Shown in pieces: positions 15,842 through 33,814 of a stretch of 64,000 nucleotides of DNA. Source of the stretch: Escherichia coli. GTDB taxonomy: Bacteria > Pseudomonadota > Gammaproteobacteria > Enterobacterales > Enterobacteriaceae. The notes under the pieces are model-generated. The model was given only the letters and a program-made list of their open reading frames with translations. It made no database searches and was not told the origin of the DNA. How positions within the stretch are numbered: the first letter of the stretch is position 1; each line of letters begins with the position of its first letter. The stretch lies in NCBI RefSeq assembly GCF_002854065.1, contig NZ_CP024147.1. One strand, written 5' to 3'. Position numbers and translations under genes: made by a program.

Positions 15842-16627
15842 TTAACGTCCTTTCCACACCGGATCGCGCTTCTCGGCAAACGCCAGCGGCCCTTCAATGG
15901 CATCTTCCGAATGCAGAACCGATGGATAGTGTTTCAACACGCCGCTGCGAATATAGCGATACGCTTCTTCTACCGGCATTTCGCTGGTGGTGCGGTAGAT
16001 CTCTTTCAGCGCCGCAATCGCCAGCGGGGCGCTGTTAACCAGCTGCTGAGCCAGTTCGCGGGCGTTATCCATCAGTTCCGCCTGGCTAACCACGCGGTTG
16101 ACTATCCCCCAACGCAGCGCCTCTTCTGCGCCCATTCGTCTGCCGGTCATCACCATTTCATTGACGATGGCAGGCGGCAGGATCTTCGGCAGACGCAGCA
16201 CACCGCCGCTGTCAGGAACGATGCCCAGTTTGGCTTCCGGCAGGGCGAAGCTGGCGTTATCGGCACAAACAATAAAATCTGCCGCCAGCGCCAGTTCGAA
16301 ACCGCCGCCAAAGGCGTAGCCGTTCACAGCTGCGATAACCGGTTTGTCGAGATTGAAAATTTCGGTTAATCCCGCAAAACCACCCGGGCCAAAGTCAGCA
16401 TCCGGTGCTTCGCCTTCTGCTGCCGCTTTTAAATCCCAGCCCGCGGAAAAGAATTTCTCTCCGGCACCGGTAATAATGGCGACACGTAATTGCGGATCGT
16501 CACGGAAATTTAGAAATACTTCGCCCATTTCAAAGCTGGTTTTTGCATCAATAGCATTCGCTTTTGGGCGATCAAGGGTAATTTCCAGAATTGATCCATT
16601 GCGGGTCAGATGTAATGATTCACTCAT
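15842..16627 (-). CDS. caiD: Carnitinyl-CoA dehydratase (crotonase family)
   Basis: Start placed at [18 protein letters not shown] (261 aa); the ORF-track 297-aa form is an upstream extension. Confidence 0.88.
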   Translation of the reverse strand: MSESLHLTRNGSILEITLDRPKANAIDAKTSFEMGEVFLNFRDDPQLRVAIITGAGEKFFSAGWDLKAAAEGEAPDADFGPGGFAGLTEIFNLDKPVIAAVNGYAFGGGFELALAADFIVCADNASFALPEAKLGIVPDSGGVLRLPKILPPAIVNEMVMTGRRMGAEEALRWGIVNRVVSQAELMDNARELAQQLVNSAPLAIAALKEIYRTTSEMPVEEAYRYIRSGVLKHYPSVLHSEDAIEGPLAFAEKRDPVWKGR

Positions 16628-16735
16628 TCCTTTTCTCCATTTTTGCTTTTTCAGGGACGACAACATCCCTGCAAAAAATGCATATTGTTTTAGAACGTGA
16701 TTATTAGCTTGCAGGGTAGTTCCCTGCCGTTTCAT

Positions 16736-19081
16736 TTATTTCAGATTCTTTCTAATTATTTTCCCCGAGCAATTACGTGGCAGATCTTTTCTGATCTCCA
16801 GATAAGAGGGCACTTTAAATTTCGCCATATTTTGTTCGCAGAAGCGAAAAAATTCCTCTTCGCTCAATGTTTCACCTTCATTCAGCACCACAAATGCTTT
16901 GATGGCTTCATCGCGAATCGAATCTTTAATACCCACAACCACGATGTCCTGAATTTTCGGATGGGTGGCGATGATATTTTCCAGCTCCACGCAGGAGACA
17001 TTCTCGCCACCGCGGGTGATGCTGCCAACTTACTGATTTAGTGTATGATGGTGTTTTTGAGGTGCTCCAGTGGCTTCTGTTTCTATCAGCTGTCCCTCCT
17101 GTTCAGCTACTGACGGGGTGGTGCGTAACGGCAAAAGCACTGCCGGACATCAGCGCTATCTCTGCTCTCACTGCCGTAAAACATGGCAACTGCAGTTCAC
17201 TTACACCGCTTCTCAACCCGGTACGCACCAGAAAATCATTGATATGGCCATGAATGGCGTTGGATGCCGGGCAACCGCCCGCATTATGGGCGTTGGCCTC
17301 AACACGATTTTCCGCCATTTAAAAAACTCAGGCCGCAGTCGGTAACCTCGCGCATACAGCCGGGCAGTGACGTCATCGTCTGCGCGGAAATGGACGAACA
17401 GTGGGGATACGTCGGGGCTAAATCGCGCCAGCGCTGGCTGTTTTACGCGTATGACAGGCTCCGGAAGACGGTTGTTGCGCACGTATTCGGTGAACGCACT
17501 ATGGCGACGCTGGGGCGTCTTATGAGCCTGCTGTCACCCTTTGACGTGGTGATATGGATGACGGATGGCTGGCCGCTGTATGAATCCCGCCTGAAGGGAA
17601 AGCTGCACGTAATCAGCAAGCGATATACGCAGCGAATTGAGCGGCATAACCTGAATCTGAGGCAGCACCTGGCACGGCTGGGACGGAAGTCGCTGTCGTT
17701 CTCAAAATCGGTGGAGCTGCATGACAAAGTCATCGGGCATTATCTGAACATAAAACACTATCAATAAGTTGGAGTCATTACCGCCACCGCGTTTGATCAT
17801 ATTGCAGCGGCGATCGACGACATAAAAAAAGCCTTCTTCGTCGCGGTATCCGGTATCGCCGGTATGCAGCCAGCCATCAGCTTCCAGCACTTTTGCAGTG
17901 GCTTTCGGGTTGAGAAAATACTCTTTGAAGATGGTTTTCCCTGGTACGCCTTTAATACAGATTTCACCGATCTCACCTGCCGGGAGCGGGCGATTGTGAT
18001 CGTCGCGGATCTCCGCTTCGTAGCAAAACCCCGCCCGACCAATCGACGGCCAGCGTCGTTTATCGCCAGGGCGATCGCCGATAATGCCCACAATGGTTTC
18101 CGTCATCCCATAAGACGTCAGCAAGCGAACGCCGAAGCGTTCACAAAACGCATCTTTTTCCTGCTCCGACAAGTTGAGATAAAACATCACTTCCCGCAGG
18201 CGGTGTTGCCGATCGTTCGCTGAAGGCGGCTGCACCATCAACGTACGAATCATCATCGGAATACATTCGGTAACGGTGGCGCGGTACTTCTGCACCTGTC
18301 CCCAGAAGGCGCGGGCGCTGTATTTCTCGACCAGCACAAAGGTGGCCCCGGCAGAAAACGCCGCCATCGCCGCAGTACACTGGCAATCGATATGAAACGC
18401 AGGCATTACCGTCAGGTAGACGTCATCGTCACGCAGTGCACACTGCCAGGCGGAGTAATATCCAGCGAAGCGCAGGTTGTAATGGGTAATCACCACACCT
18501 TTCGGTCGGGAGGTGGTGCCGGAGGTGAAGAGAATTTCCGCCGTATCGTCAGTCGATAGCGGCGGTGCATAGCACAAGGTGGCAGGTTGTTGATTTTTCA
18601 GTTGAGTAAACGAACTCACGCCATCATCAGCGGGAAGTGCCACATCTGTCAGGCAAATGTGCCGCAACTGAGTGGCATCTTCCTGCTGAATCTGTTGATA
18701 CATAGGATAAAATTGCGCACTGGTCACCAGCAGGCAAGCCTGGCTATTTTGCAAGATCCACGCGCTTTCCTCGCGCAACAGGCGGGCGTTAATCGGCACC
18801 ATAATCGCGCCAATTTTTGCCAGCCCGAACCAGCAAAAGATAAATTCCGGGCAGTTGTCGAGATGTAGTGCAACCTTGTCGCCTTTGCGAATCCCCAGCG
18901 TATAAAACAGGTTTGCCGTGCGGTTAATCTCCTGATTTAACTCAAGATAACTATACCGGTTAACGACTCCGCCGCTGGATTCACAAATCAGCGCCGTTTT
19001 ATGACCGTAAACGTCCGCCAGATCGTCCCACATTTGACGTAGATGTTGTCCGCCAATGATATCCATTGCACCTCTATCCAT
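16736..19081 (-). pseudogene. caiC: caiC (crotonobetaine/carnitine-CoA ligase) interrupted by IS1
   Basis: C-terminal 84-aa fragment (16736-16990) and N-terminal 459-aa ORF (17702-19081, reading into IS1) are split by an IS1 at 17015-17782. Removing IS1 plus one 9-bp duplication restores a ~522-codon adenylate-forming enzyme. Confidence 0.9.
17015..17782 (+). mobile_element. IS1 insertion sequence, 768 bp, copy 1, inside caiC
   Basis: Ends GGTGATGCTGCCAACTTACTGAT... and ...AATAAGTTGGAGTCATTACC; insA 17070-17345 and insB frame 17264-17767 with the A-run frameshift site between them; flanked by 9-bp direct repeat GCCACCGCG (17006-17014 and 17783-17791). Confidence 0.95.
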
Positions 19082-19139
19082 TTTTGTTCGTTTGTTATTG
19101 GGCGGGCGTTAGTCAGGCAAGCCGACTGACGCCACGCGT

Positions 19140-20375
<1,236 letters not shown>

Positions 20376-20389
20376 TTATGTAGCGCATG

Positions 20390-20478
<89 letters not shown>

Positions 20479-20485
20479 CACGGAC

Positions 20486-21628
20486 TTAGCGGTATTGCTT
20501 CAGCACCGCACGACCCAGCGTCAGGATCTGCATTTCGTCAGATCCTCCGGAAACGCGGTCTACACGCAGGTCACGCCAGAAGCGGCTGATGCGGTGGTTG
20601 CCCGCAATCCCGACACCGCCCAGCACCTGCATTGCGCTATCCACCACTTCAAATGCCGCATTGGCGCAGAAGTATTTGCACATCGCTGCATCGCCAGAGG
20701 TGATGGTGCCGTTGTCTGCTTTCCACGCTGCTTCATACAGCATGTTTTTCATGGAGTTTAATTTGATCGCCATGTGGGCGAATTTTTCCTGAATCAACTG
20801 GAAACGACCAATAGCCTCGCCAAACTGCACGCGCTGGTTGGCGTAGCGCGCCGCATCTTCAAAGGCGCACATCGCCGTACCGTAGTTGGTCAGGGCTACC
20901 AGGAAACGTTCATGGTCGAACTCTTCTTTGACGCGGTTAAAGCCGTTACCTTCCCGACCGAACATGTCTTTCTCGTCCAGTTCCACATCGTCAAAGGTGA
21001 TTTCACAGCAGCTATCCATACGCAGACCGAGCTTCTCAAGTTTGGTCACTTTGATGCCCGGTTTGCTCATATCAACAAACCATTCGGTGTAGACAGGTTT
21101 GTCCGGAGAAGCCCCGTCGCGCGCCATCACCACGATGTACGGGGTGTAGGCGCTACTGGTAATAAAACACTTACTACCATTAAGATAAATCTTACCATTT
21201 CTACGGGTATAAGTCGTTTTCAGGCTACCCACGTCGGAGCCCGCGCCCGGTTCGGTAATCGCTGAGTTCCACATCTGCTTACCGGTGCCGCGGAAAGCCA
21301 TAATCTTGTCGATCTGCTCTTGTGTGCCTTCGCGCAGGAAGGTATTGAACCCGCCCGGCAACTGGTACAGTACATAGGTTGGTGCCCCCAGACGTCCCAG
21401 CTCCATCCACACGGCGGCGAGAGTAACAAACCCCGCGTCCAGACCACCGTGCTCTTCAGGGATCAGCAGACTGTCGATACCCATATCCGCCAGTGCTTTG
21501 ACAAAACGTTCCGGGTAGACGCTGTCACGGTCGCACTCGGCAAAATAGGCCTCCCAGTTTTCGCTGGCCATCAGTTCGCGGATACCGGCGACAAACAGTT
21601 CCTGCTCATCATTTAAATTAAAATCCAT
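20486..21628 (-). CDS. caiA: Crotonobetainyl-CoA reductase (acyl-CoA dehydrogenase family)
   Basis: 380-aa ORF; synteny. Confidence 0.95.
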
Positions 21629-21658
21629 CTTTCAACCTCTTGATATTTTGGGGGTTAA

Positions 21659-23953
<2,295 letters not shown>

Positions 23954-24202
23954 TTAATTCCACTGTGAAAACGAATATTTATTTTGCGTTCCCGTTTGTT
24001 TTATTTTTGTTAACATTTAATATAATTATTATTAACCTCGTGGACGCGTTAATGGCTAACTCATAATGGGTATTCAATAAGCTGCATTCTGTGATTGTTA
24101 TCACATTTTTGTTTCGGGTGAATAGAGGGCGCTTTTCTCGTTAATTTTGATTATTAATCAGTTTGTTATGTTATGTTGTGAGTGAAAAAATAGCATCTGA
24201 CT

Positions 24203-24332
24203 TTCAATATTGGTGATCCATAAAACAATATTGAAAATTTCTTTTTGCTACGCCATGTTTTCAATATTGGTGAGGAACTTAACAATATTGAAAGTTGGAT
24301 TTATCTGCGTGTGACATTTTCAATATTGGTGA
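24203..24332. promoter_or_regulatory. Repeated palindromic TTCAATATTG motifs in the divergent caiT/fixA control region
   Basis: TTTCAATATTGGTGA at 24203, 24258 and 24318, interleaved with AACAATATTGAAA at ~24224 and ~24281; core CAATATTG is a perfect palindrome; TGTGA adjacent to the third copy. Confidence 0.5.
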
Positions 24333-24423
24333 TTAAAGTTTTATTTCCAAATTAAAGGGCGTGATATCTGTAATTAACACCACCGATATGAACGACGTTT
24401 CCTTCATGATTTCTGGAGATGCA

Positions 24424-25194
24424 ATGAAGATTATTACTTGCTATAAGTGCGTGCCTGATGAACAGGATATTGCGGTCAATAATGCTGATGGTTCATTAGA
24501 CTTCAGCAAAGCCGATGCCAAAATAAGCCAATACGATCTCAACGCTATTGAAGCGGCTTGCCAGCTAAAGCAACAGGCAGCAGAGGCGCAGGTGACAGCC
24601 TTAAGTGTGGGCGGTAAAGCCCTGACCAACGCCAAAGGGCGTAAAGATGTGCTATCGCGCGGCCCGGATGAACTGATTGTGGTGATTGATGACCAGTTCG
24701 AGCAGGCACTGCCGCAACAAACGGCGAGCGCACTGGCTGCAGCCGCCCAGAAAGCAGGCTTTGATCTGATCCTCTGTGGCGATGGTTCTTCCGACCTTTA
24801 TGCCCAGCAGGTTGGTCTGCTGGTGGGCGAAATCCTCAATATTCCGGCAGTTAACGGCGTCAGCAAAATTATCTCCCTGACGGCAGATACCCTCACCGTT
24901 GAGCGCGAACTGGAAGATGAAACCGAAACCTTAAGCATTCCGCTGCCTGCGGTTGTTGCTGTTTCCACTGATATCAACTCCCCACAAATTCCTTCGATGA
25001 AAGCCATTCTCGGCGCGGCGAAAAAGCCAGTCCAGGTATGGTCGGCGGCGGATATCGGTTTTAACGCAGAGGCAGCCTGGTCAGAACAACAGGTTGCCGC
25101 GCCGAAACAGCGCGAGCGTCAGCGCATCGTGATTGAAGGCGACGGCGAAGAACAGATCGCCGCATTTGCTGAAAATCTTCGCAAAGTCATTTAA
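24424..25194 (+). CDS. fixA: Electron transfer flavoprotein beta-subunit homologue
   Basis: Start placed at [14 protein letters not shown] (256 aa); the ORF-track start at 24361 is an extension. Confidence 0.9.
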   Translation: MKIITCYKCVPDEQDIAVNNADGSLDFSKADAKISQYDLNAIEAACQLKQQAAEAQVTALSVGGKALTNAKGRKDVLSRGPDELIVVIDDQFEQALPQQTASALAAAAQKAGFDLILCGDGSSDLYAQQVGLLVGEILNIPAVNGVSKIISLTADTLTVERELEDETETLSIPLPAVVAVSTDINSPQIPSMKAILGAAKKPVQVWSAADIGFNAEAAWSEQQVAAPKQRERQRIVIEGDGEEQIAAFAENLRKVI

Positions 25195-25208
25195 TTACAG
25201 GGGATGCT

Positions 25209-26150
25209 ATGAACACGTTTTCTCAAGTCTGGGTATTCAGCGATACCCCTTCTCGTCTGCCGGAACTGATGAACGGTGCGCAGGCTTTAGCTAATCAAAT
25301 CAACACCTTTGTCCTCAATGATGCCGACGGCGCACAGGCAATCCAGCTCGGCGCTAATCATGTCTGGAAATTAAACGGCAAACCGGACGATCGGATGATC
25401 GAAGATTACGCCAGTGTCATGGCTGACACTATTCGCCAGCACGGCGCAGACGGCCTGGTGCTGTTGCCAAACACCCGTCGCGGCAAATTACTGGCGGCAA
25501 AACTGGGTTATCGCCTTAAAGCGGCGGTGTCTAACGATGCCAGCACCGTCAGCGTACAGGACGGTAAAGCAACAGTGAAACACATGGTTTACGGCGGCCT
25601 GGCGATTGGCGAAGAACGCATTGCCACGCCGTATGCGGTACTGACCATCAGCAGTGGCACGTTCGATGCGGCTCAGCCAGACGCGTCACGCACTGGCGAA
25701 ACGCACACCGTGGAGTGGCAGGCTCCGGCTGTGGCGATTACCCGCACGGCAACCCAGGCGCGCCAGAGCAACAGCGTCGATCTCGACAAAGCCCGTCTGG
25801 TGGTCAGCGTCGGTCGCGGCATTGGCAGCAAAGATAACATTGCGCTGGCAGAACAGCTTTGCAAGGCGATAGGTGCGGAGTTGGCCTGTTCTCGTCCGGT
25901 GGCGGAAAACGAAAAATGGATGGAGCACGAACGCTATGTCGGTATCTCCAACCTGATGCTGAAACCTGAATTGTATCTGGCGGTGGGGATCTCCGGGCAG
26001 ATCCAGCACATGGTTGGTGCTAATGCATCGCAAACCATTTTCGCCATCAATAAAGATAAAAATGCGCCGATCTTCCAGTACGCGGATTACGGCATTGTTG
26101 GCGATGCCGTGAAGATCCTTCCGGCACTGATCGCAGCTTTAGCGCGTTGA
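25209..26150 (+). CDS. fixB: Electron transfer flavoprotein alpha-subunit homologue
   Basis: 313-aa ORF; synteny. Confidence 0.93.
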   Translation: MNTFSQVWVFSDTPSRLPELMNGAQALANQINTFVLNDADGAQAIQLGANHVWKLNGKPDDRMIEDYASVMADTIRQHGADGLVLLPNTRRGKLLAAKLGYRLKAAVSNDASTVSVQDGKATVKHMVYGGLAIGEERIATPYAVLTISSGTFDAAQPDASRTGETHTVEWQAPAVAITRTATQARQSNSVDLDKARLVVSVGRGIGSKDNIALAEQLCKAIGAELACSRPVAENEKWMEHERYVGISNLMLKPELYLAVGISGQIQHMVGANASQTIFAINKDKNAPIFQYADYGIVGDAVKILPALIAALAR

Positions 26151-26200
26151 TCCACTCTGGCAGGGCTGCATTACGGTCCTGCCGCTGACAGGGAGCTCTT

Positions 26201-27487
26201 ATGTCCGAAGATATCTTTGACGCCATCATCGTCGGTGCAGGGCTTGCCGGTTCGGTTGCCGCACTGGTGCTCGCCCGCGAAGGTGCGCAAGTGTTAGTTA
26301 TCGAGCGTGGCAATTCCGCAGGTGCCAAGAACGTCACCGGCGGGCGTCTCTATGCCCACAGTCTGGAACACATTATTCCAGGTTTCGCCGAATCCGCCCC
26401 CGTAGAACGCCTGATCACCCATGAAAAACTCGCGTTTATGACGGAAAAGTCAGCGATGACTATGGACTACTGCAACGGTGACGAAACCTCGCCATCCCAG
26501 CGTTCTTACTCCGTTTTGCGCAGTAAATTTGATGCCTGGTTGATGGAGCAGGCCGAAGAAGCGGGCGCGCAGTTAATTACCGGGATCCGCGTCGATAACC
26601 TCGTACAGCGCGATGGCAAAGTCGTCGGTGTAGAAGCCGATGGCGATGTGATTGAAGCGAAAACGGTGATCCTTGCTGATGGGGTGAACTCCATCCTTGC
26701 CGAAAAATTGGGGATGGCAAAACGCGTCAAACCGACGGATGTGGCGGTTGGCGTGAAGGAACTGATCGAGTTACCGAAGTCGGTAATCGAAGACCGTTTT
26801 CAGTTGCAGGGTAATCAGGGCGCGGCTTGCCTGTTTGCGGGATCACCTACTGATGGCCTGATGGGCGGCGGTTTTCTTTATACCAATGAAAACACCCTGT
26901 CGCTGGGGCTGGTTTGTGGTCTGCATCATCTGCATGACGCGAAAAAATCGGTGCCGCAAATGCTGGAAGATTTCAAACAACATCCGGCCGTTGCACCGCT
27001 GATCGCGGGTGGCAAGCTGGTGGAATATTCCGCTCACGTAGTGCCGGAAGCAGGCATCAACATGCTGCCGGAGTTGGTTGGTGACGGCGTATTGATTGCC
27101 GGTGATGCCGCCGGAATGTGTATGAACCTCGGTTTTACCATTCGCGGTATGGATCTGGCGATTGCCGCCGGGGAAGCCGCAGCAAAAACCGTGCTTTCAG
27201 CGATGAAAAGCGACGATTTCAGTAAGCAAAAACTCGCGGAATATCGTCAGCATCTGGAGAGTGGCCCGCTGCGCGATATGCGCATGTACCAGAAACTACC
27301 GGCGTTCCTTGATAACCCACGCATGTTTAGCGGCTACCCGGAACTGGCGGTGGGCGTGGCGCGTGACCTGTTCACCATTGACGGCAGTGCGCCGGAACTG
27401 ATGCGCAAGAAAATCCTCCGCCACGGCAAGAAAGTGGGCTTCATCAATCTGATCAAGGATGGCATGAAAGGAGTGACCGTTTTATGA
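26201..27487 (+). CDS. fixC: FAD-dependent oxidoreductase (ETF-quinone oxidoreductase-like)
   Basis: 428-aa ORF with N-terminal GAGLAG FAD-binding motif. Confidence 0.93.
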   Translation: MSEDIFDAIIVGAGLAGSVAALVLAREGAQVLVIERGNSAGAKNVTGGRLYAHSLEHIIPGFAESAPVERLITHEKLAFMTEKSAMTMDYCNGDETSPSQRSYSVLRSKFDAWLMEQAEEAGAQLITGIRVDNLVQRDGKVVGVEADGDVIEAKTVILADGVNSILAEKLGMAKRVKPTDVAVGVKELIELPKSVIEDRFQLQGNQGAACLFAGSPTDGLMGGGFLYTNENTLSLGLVCGLHHLHDAKKSVPQMLEDFKQHPAVAPLIAGGKLVEYSAHVVPEAGINMLPELVGDGVLIAGDAAGMCMNLGFTIRGMDLAIAAGEAAAKTVLSAMKSDDFSKQKLAEYRQHLESGPLRDMRMYQKLPAFLDNPRMFSGYPELAVGVARDLFTIDGSAPELMRKKILRHGKKVGFINLIKDGMKGVTVL

Positions 27488-27771
27488 CTTCTCCCGTCAA
27501 TGTGGACGTCAAACTGGGCGTCAATAAATTCAATGTCGATGAAGAGCATCCACACATTGTTGTGAAGGCCGATGCCGATAAACAGGCCCTGGAGCTGCTG
27601 GTGAAAGCGTGCCCCGCAGGTCTGTACAAGAAGCAGGATGACGGCAGTGTGCGCTTCGATTACGCCGGATGTCTGGAGTGCGGCACCTGTCGCATTCTGG
27701 GGCTGGGGTCGGCGCTGGAACAGTGGGAATACCCGCGCGGCACCTTTGGTGTGGAGTTCCGTTACGGCTGA
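27484..27771 (+). CDS. fixX: Ferredoxin-like protein
   Basis: 95-aa ORF with a Cys cluster (CLECGTC); start overlaps fixC stop. Confidence 0.9.
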   Translation: MTSPVNVDVKLGVNKFNVDEEHPHIVVKADADKQALELLVKACPAGLYKKQDDGSVRFDYAGCLECGTCRILGLGSALEQWEYPRGTFGVEFRYG

Positions 27772-27828
27772 TGTTGGTTTGATACGTAACGCCGTACTGA
27801 CTCTCATTGCAAAAAACAGGAATAATCC

Positions 27829-29160
27829 ATGCAACCGTCCAGAAACTTTGACGATCTTAAATTCTCCTCTATTCACCGCCGCATTTTGCTGTGGGGAAGC
27901 GGTGGTCCGTTTCTGGATGGTTATGTACTGGTAATGATTGGCGTGGCGCTGGAGCAACTGACTCCGGCGCTGAAACTGGACGCTGACTGGATTGGCTTGC
28001 TGGGCGCGGGAACGCTCGCCGGGCTGTTCGTTGGCACATCGCTGTTTGGCTATATCTCCGATAAAGTCGGACGGCGCAAAATGTTCCTCATTGATATCAT
28101 CGCCATCGGCGTGATATCGGTGGCGACGATGTTTGTTTCATCCCCCGTCGAACTGTTGGTGATGCGGGTACTTATCGGCATTGTCATCGGTGCAGATTAT
28201 CCCATCGCCACCTCAATGATCACCGAGTTCTCCAGTACCCGTCAGCGGGCATTTTCCATCAGCTTTATCGCCGCCATGTGGTATGTCGGCGCGACCTGCG
28301 CCGATCTGGTCGGCAACTGGCTTTATGATGTGGAAGGCGGCTGGCGCTGGATGCTGGGTAGCGCAGCGATCCCCTGTTTGTTGATTTTGATTGGTCGATT
28401 CGAACTGCCTGAATCTCCCCGCTGGTTATTACGCAAAGGGCGAGTAAAAGAGTGCGAAGAGATGATGATAAAACTGTTTGGCGAACCGGTGGCTTTCGAT
28501 GAAGAGCAGCCGCAGCAAACCCGTTTTCGCGATCTGTTTAATCGCCGCCATTTTCCTTTTGTTCTGTTTGTTGCCGCCATCTGGACCTGCCAGGTGATCC
28601 CAATGTTCGCCATTTACACCTTTGGTCCGCAAATCGTTGGTTTGTTGGGATTGGGGGTTGGCAAAAACGCGGCACTGGGGAATGTGGTGATTAGCCTGTT
28701 CTTTATGCTCGGCTGTATTCCGCCGATGCTGTGGCTAAACACTGCCGGACGGCGTCCATTGTTGATTGGCAGCTTTGCCATGATGACGCTGGCGCTGGCG
28801 GTTTTGGGGCTGATCCCGGATATGGGGATCTGGCTGGTAGTGATGGCCTTTGCGGTGTATGCCTTTTTCTCTGGCGGGCCGGGTAATTTGCAGTGGCTCT
28901 ATCCTAATGAACTCTTCCCGACAGATATCCGCGCCTCTGCCGTGGGCGTGATTATGTCCTTAAGCCGTATTGGCACCATTGTTTCGACCTGGGCACTACC
29001 GATCTTTATCAATAATTACGGTATCAGTAACACGATGCTAATGGGGGCGGGTATCTCGCTGTTTGGCTTGTTGATTTCCGTAGCGTTTGCCCCGGAGACT
29101 CGAGGAATGTCACTGGCGCAGACCAGCAATATGACGATCCGCGGGCAGAGAATGGGATAA
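27829..29160 (+). CDS. yaaU: MFS-family transporter
   Basis: 443-aa multi-pass membrane ORF; position as in K-12. Confidence 0.85.
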   Translation: MQPSRNFDDLKFSSIHRRILLWGSGGPFLDGYVLVMIGVALEQLTPALKLDADWIGLLGAGTLAGLFVGTSLFGYISDKVGRRKMFLIDIIAIGVISVATMFVSSPVELLVMRVLIGIVIGADYPIATSMITEFSSTRQRAFSISFIAAMWYVGATCADLVGNWLYDVEGGWRWMLGSAAIPCLLILIGRFELPESPRWLLRKGRVKECEEMMIKLFGEPVAFDEEQPQQTRFRDLFNRRHFPFVLFVAAIWTCQVIPMFAIYTFGPQIVGLLGLGVGKNAALGNVVISLFFMLGCIPPMLWLNTAGRRPLLIGSFAMMTLALAVLGLIPDMGIWLVVMAFAVYAFFSGGPGNLQWLYPNELFPTDIRASAVGVIMSLSRIGTIVSTWALPIFINNYGISNTMLMGAGISLFGLLISVAFAPETRGMSLAQTSNMTIRGQRMG

Positions 29161-29270
29161 TTTGTTCAGATTTCTCTCTTTTCTGAATCAATATTATTGA
29201 CTATAAGCCGCGTGAATATATGACTACACTTTGTGGGAAAACAAAGGCGTAAACACGCGGGCTAATAACT

Positions 29271-29793
29271 ATGATCCTCATCATTTATGCGCATCCGTAT
29301 CCGCATCATTCCCATGCGAATAAACGGATGCTTGAACAGGCAAGGACGCTGGAAGGCGTCGAAATTCGCTCTCTTTATCAACTCTATCCTGACTTCAATA
29401 TCGATATTGCCGCCGAGCAGGAGGCGCTCTCTCGCGCCGATCTGATCGTCTGGCAGCACCCGATGCAGTGGTACAGCATTCCTCCGCTTCTTAAACTTTG
29501 GATCGATAAAGTTTTGTCGCACGGCTGGGCTTACGGTCACGGCGGCACGGCGCTGCATGGCAAACATTTGCTGTGGGCGGTGACGACCGGCGGCGGGGAA
29601 AGCCATTTTGAAATTGGTGCGCATCCGGGCTTTGATGTGCTGTCGCAGCCGCTACAGGCGACGGCAATCTACTGCGGGCTGAACTGGCTGCCACCGTTTG
29701 CCATGCACTGTACCTTTATTTGTGACGACGAAACCCTCGAAGGGCAGGCGCGCCACTATAAGCAACGTCTGCTGGAATGGCAGGAGGCACATC

Positions 29794-29801
<8 letters not shown>
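29271..29801 (+). CDS. kefF: KefC ancillary protein (flavodoxin-like quinone oxidoreductase)
   Basis: 176-aa ORF; overlaps kefC start. Confidence 0.9.
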
Positions 29802-32327
<2,526 letters not shown>

Positions 32328-32412
32328 TTTTGTATATTAGAATTCCGGCATCACTGATACGTGCAGATATCCGTGTATACTAGACGTATAAATTGTACAG
32401 GAGCACGATATC

Positions 32413-32646
32413 ATGACTGCAAAACGTACCACACAAAGTGTGACCGTCACCGTCGACCGTGAGTTAGTCAATCGCGCTCGTGATGCAGGCTTAAATATGA
32501 GCGCCACCCTTACGGTTGCGCTCAATGCTGAACTTAAAAAACATGCAGCAACACGTTGGCGTGAAGAGAACGCAGAAGCTATCGCTGCGTTAAATCAATT
32601 GGCTGATGAAACCGGATGTTTCTCTGATGAGTACCGGAGCTTCTAG
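32413..32646 (+). CDS. ccdA: CcdA-family antitoxin (chromosomal ccd)
   Basis: 77-aa ORF resembling plasmid F CcdA in its ..TVTVD.. N-terminal and ..RWREENAEAIAALNQ..ADE..F C-terminal segments; 2-bp gap to ccdB. Confidence 0.8.
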   Translation: MTAKRTTQSVTVTVDRELVNRARDAGLNMSATLTVALNAELKKHAATRWREENAEAIAALNQLADETGCFSDEYRSF

Positions 32647-32648
32647 CG

Positions 32649-32963
32649 ATGCAATTTACGGTATACCGCAGTCGCAGCAGGAACGCCGCGTTTCCCTTTG
32701 TTATCGATGTTACCAGCGACATTATTGGTGTGATTAATCGCCGTATTGTTATTCCATTAACACCTATTGAACGATTTATCCGTATTCGCCCACCAGAACG
32801 GCTTAACCCAATCCTTTTACTGGTAGACGGCAAAGAATATGTGCTCATGACGCATGAGACTGCAACTGTTCCAGTTAACGCGCTGGGAACGAAATTTTGC
32901 GATGCCAGCGCGCACCGAACGTTGATTAAAGGAGCATTAGATTTTATGCTCGACGGGATTTAA
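32649..32963 (+). CDS. ccdB: CcdB-family toxin (gyrase poison homologue)
   Basis: 104-aa [35 protein letters not shown].. resembling CcdB (MQFKVYTYK..FVDVQSDIID..RMVIPL..); the 3' end overlaps the convergent apaH stop by 4 bp. Confidence 0.8.
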   Translation: MQFTVYRSRSRNAAFPFVIDVTSDIIGVINRRIVIPLTPIERFIRIRPPERLNPILLLVDGKEYVLMTHETATVPVNALGTKFCDASAHRTLIKGALDFMLDGI

Positions 32964-33808
32964 GACGCGGCCGCCTCTCCCTCACCCATATCTTTATGCC
33001 GGTTCGACGGCTGGACAAAATACTGTTTATCTTCCCAGCGCAGGCAGGTTAATGACCCACCCCAGCAGCAGCCGGTATCCAGCGCGTAAATACCTTCCGG
33101 CGTACCTTTGCCTTCCAGCGATGCCCAGTGACCAAAGGCGATGCTGTATTCTTCAGCGACAGGGCCAGGAATCGCAAACCACGGTTTCAGTGGGGCAGGG
33201 GCTTCTTCCGGCGATTCTTTGCTGTACATATCCAGTTGGCCGTTTGGAAAGCAAAAACGCATACGGGTAAAGGCGTTGGTGATAAAACGCAATCTTCCCA
33301 GCCCCCGCAATTCCGGTGACCAGTTATTTGGCATATCGCCGTACATAGCGTCGAGAAAGAAGGGATAGGAGTCACTCGACAGCACCGCTTCTACATCGCG
33401 CGCGCACTCTTTGGCGGTCTGCAGATCCCACTGCGGCGTGATCCCTGCGTGGGCCATCACCAGCTTTTTCTCTTCGTCGATTTGCAGCAGAGGCTGGCGC
33501 CGCAGCCAGTTAAGCAGCTCGTCGGCATCCGGCGCTTCCAGCAGCGGTGTCAGGCGATCTTTCGGTTTATTGCGGCTGATCCCGGCAAATACCGCCAGCA
33601 GATGCAGATCGTGATTGCCCAGCACCAGACGTACGCTGTCGCCTAAGGATTTCACATAGCGCAGAACATCCAGCGAACCCGGGCCGCGCGCGACCAGATC
33701 GCCTGTCAGCCAGAGGGTATCTTTCCCAGGGGTAAATTCTACTTTATGCAGCAATGCGATCAGTTCATCGTAACAACCATGAACGTCGCCAATAAGGTAT
33801 GTCGCCAT
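32960..33808 (-). CDS. apaH: Bis(5'-nucleosyl)-tetraphosphatase (symmetrical)
   Basis: 282-aa ORF with N-terminal GDVHGC metallophosphatase motif. Confidence 0.93.
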   Translation of the reverse strand: MATYLIGDVHGCYDELIALLHKVEFTPGKDTLWLTGDLVARGPGSLDVLRYVKSLGDSVRLVLGNHDLHLLAVFAGISRNKPKDRLTPLLEAPDADELLNWLRRQPLLQIDEEKKLVMAHAGITPQWDLQTAKECARDVEAVLSSDSYPFFLDAMYGDMPNNWSPELRGLGRLRFITNAFTRMRFCFPNGQLDMYSKESPEEAPAPLKPWFAIPGPVAEEYSIAFGHWASLEGKGTPEGIYALDTGCCWGGSLTCLRWEDKQYFVQPSNRHKDMGEGEAAAS

Positions 33809-33814
33809 ATTCTT

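Noticed and set aside
32960-33808. ApaH C-terminus (..[11 protein letters not shown]) as a variant caused by the ccd insertion
   Set aside because: I cannot reliably recall the reference C-terminus, so the difference may be ordinary strain variation; folded into the ccd finding only as the 4-bp convergent overlap.
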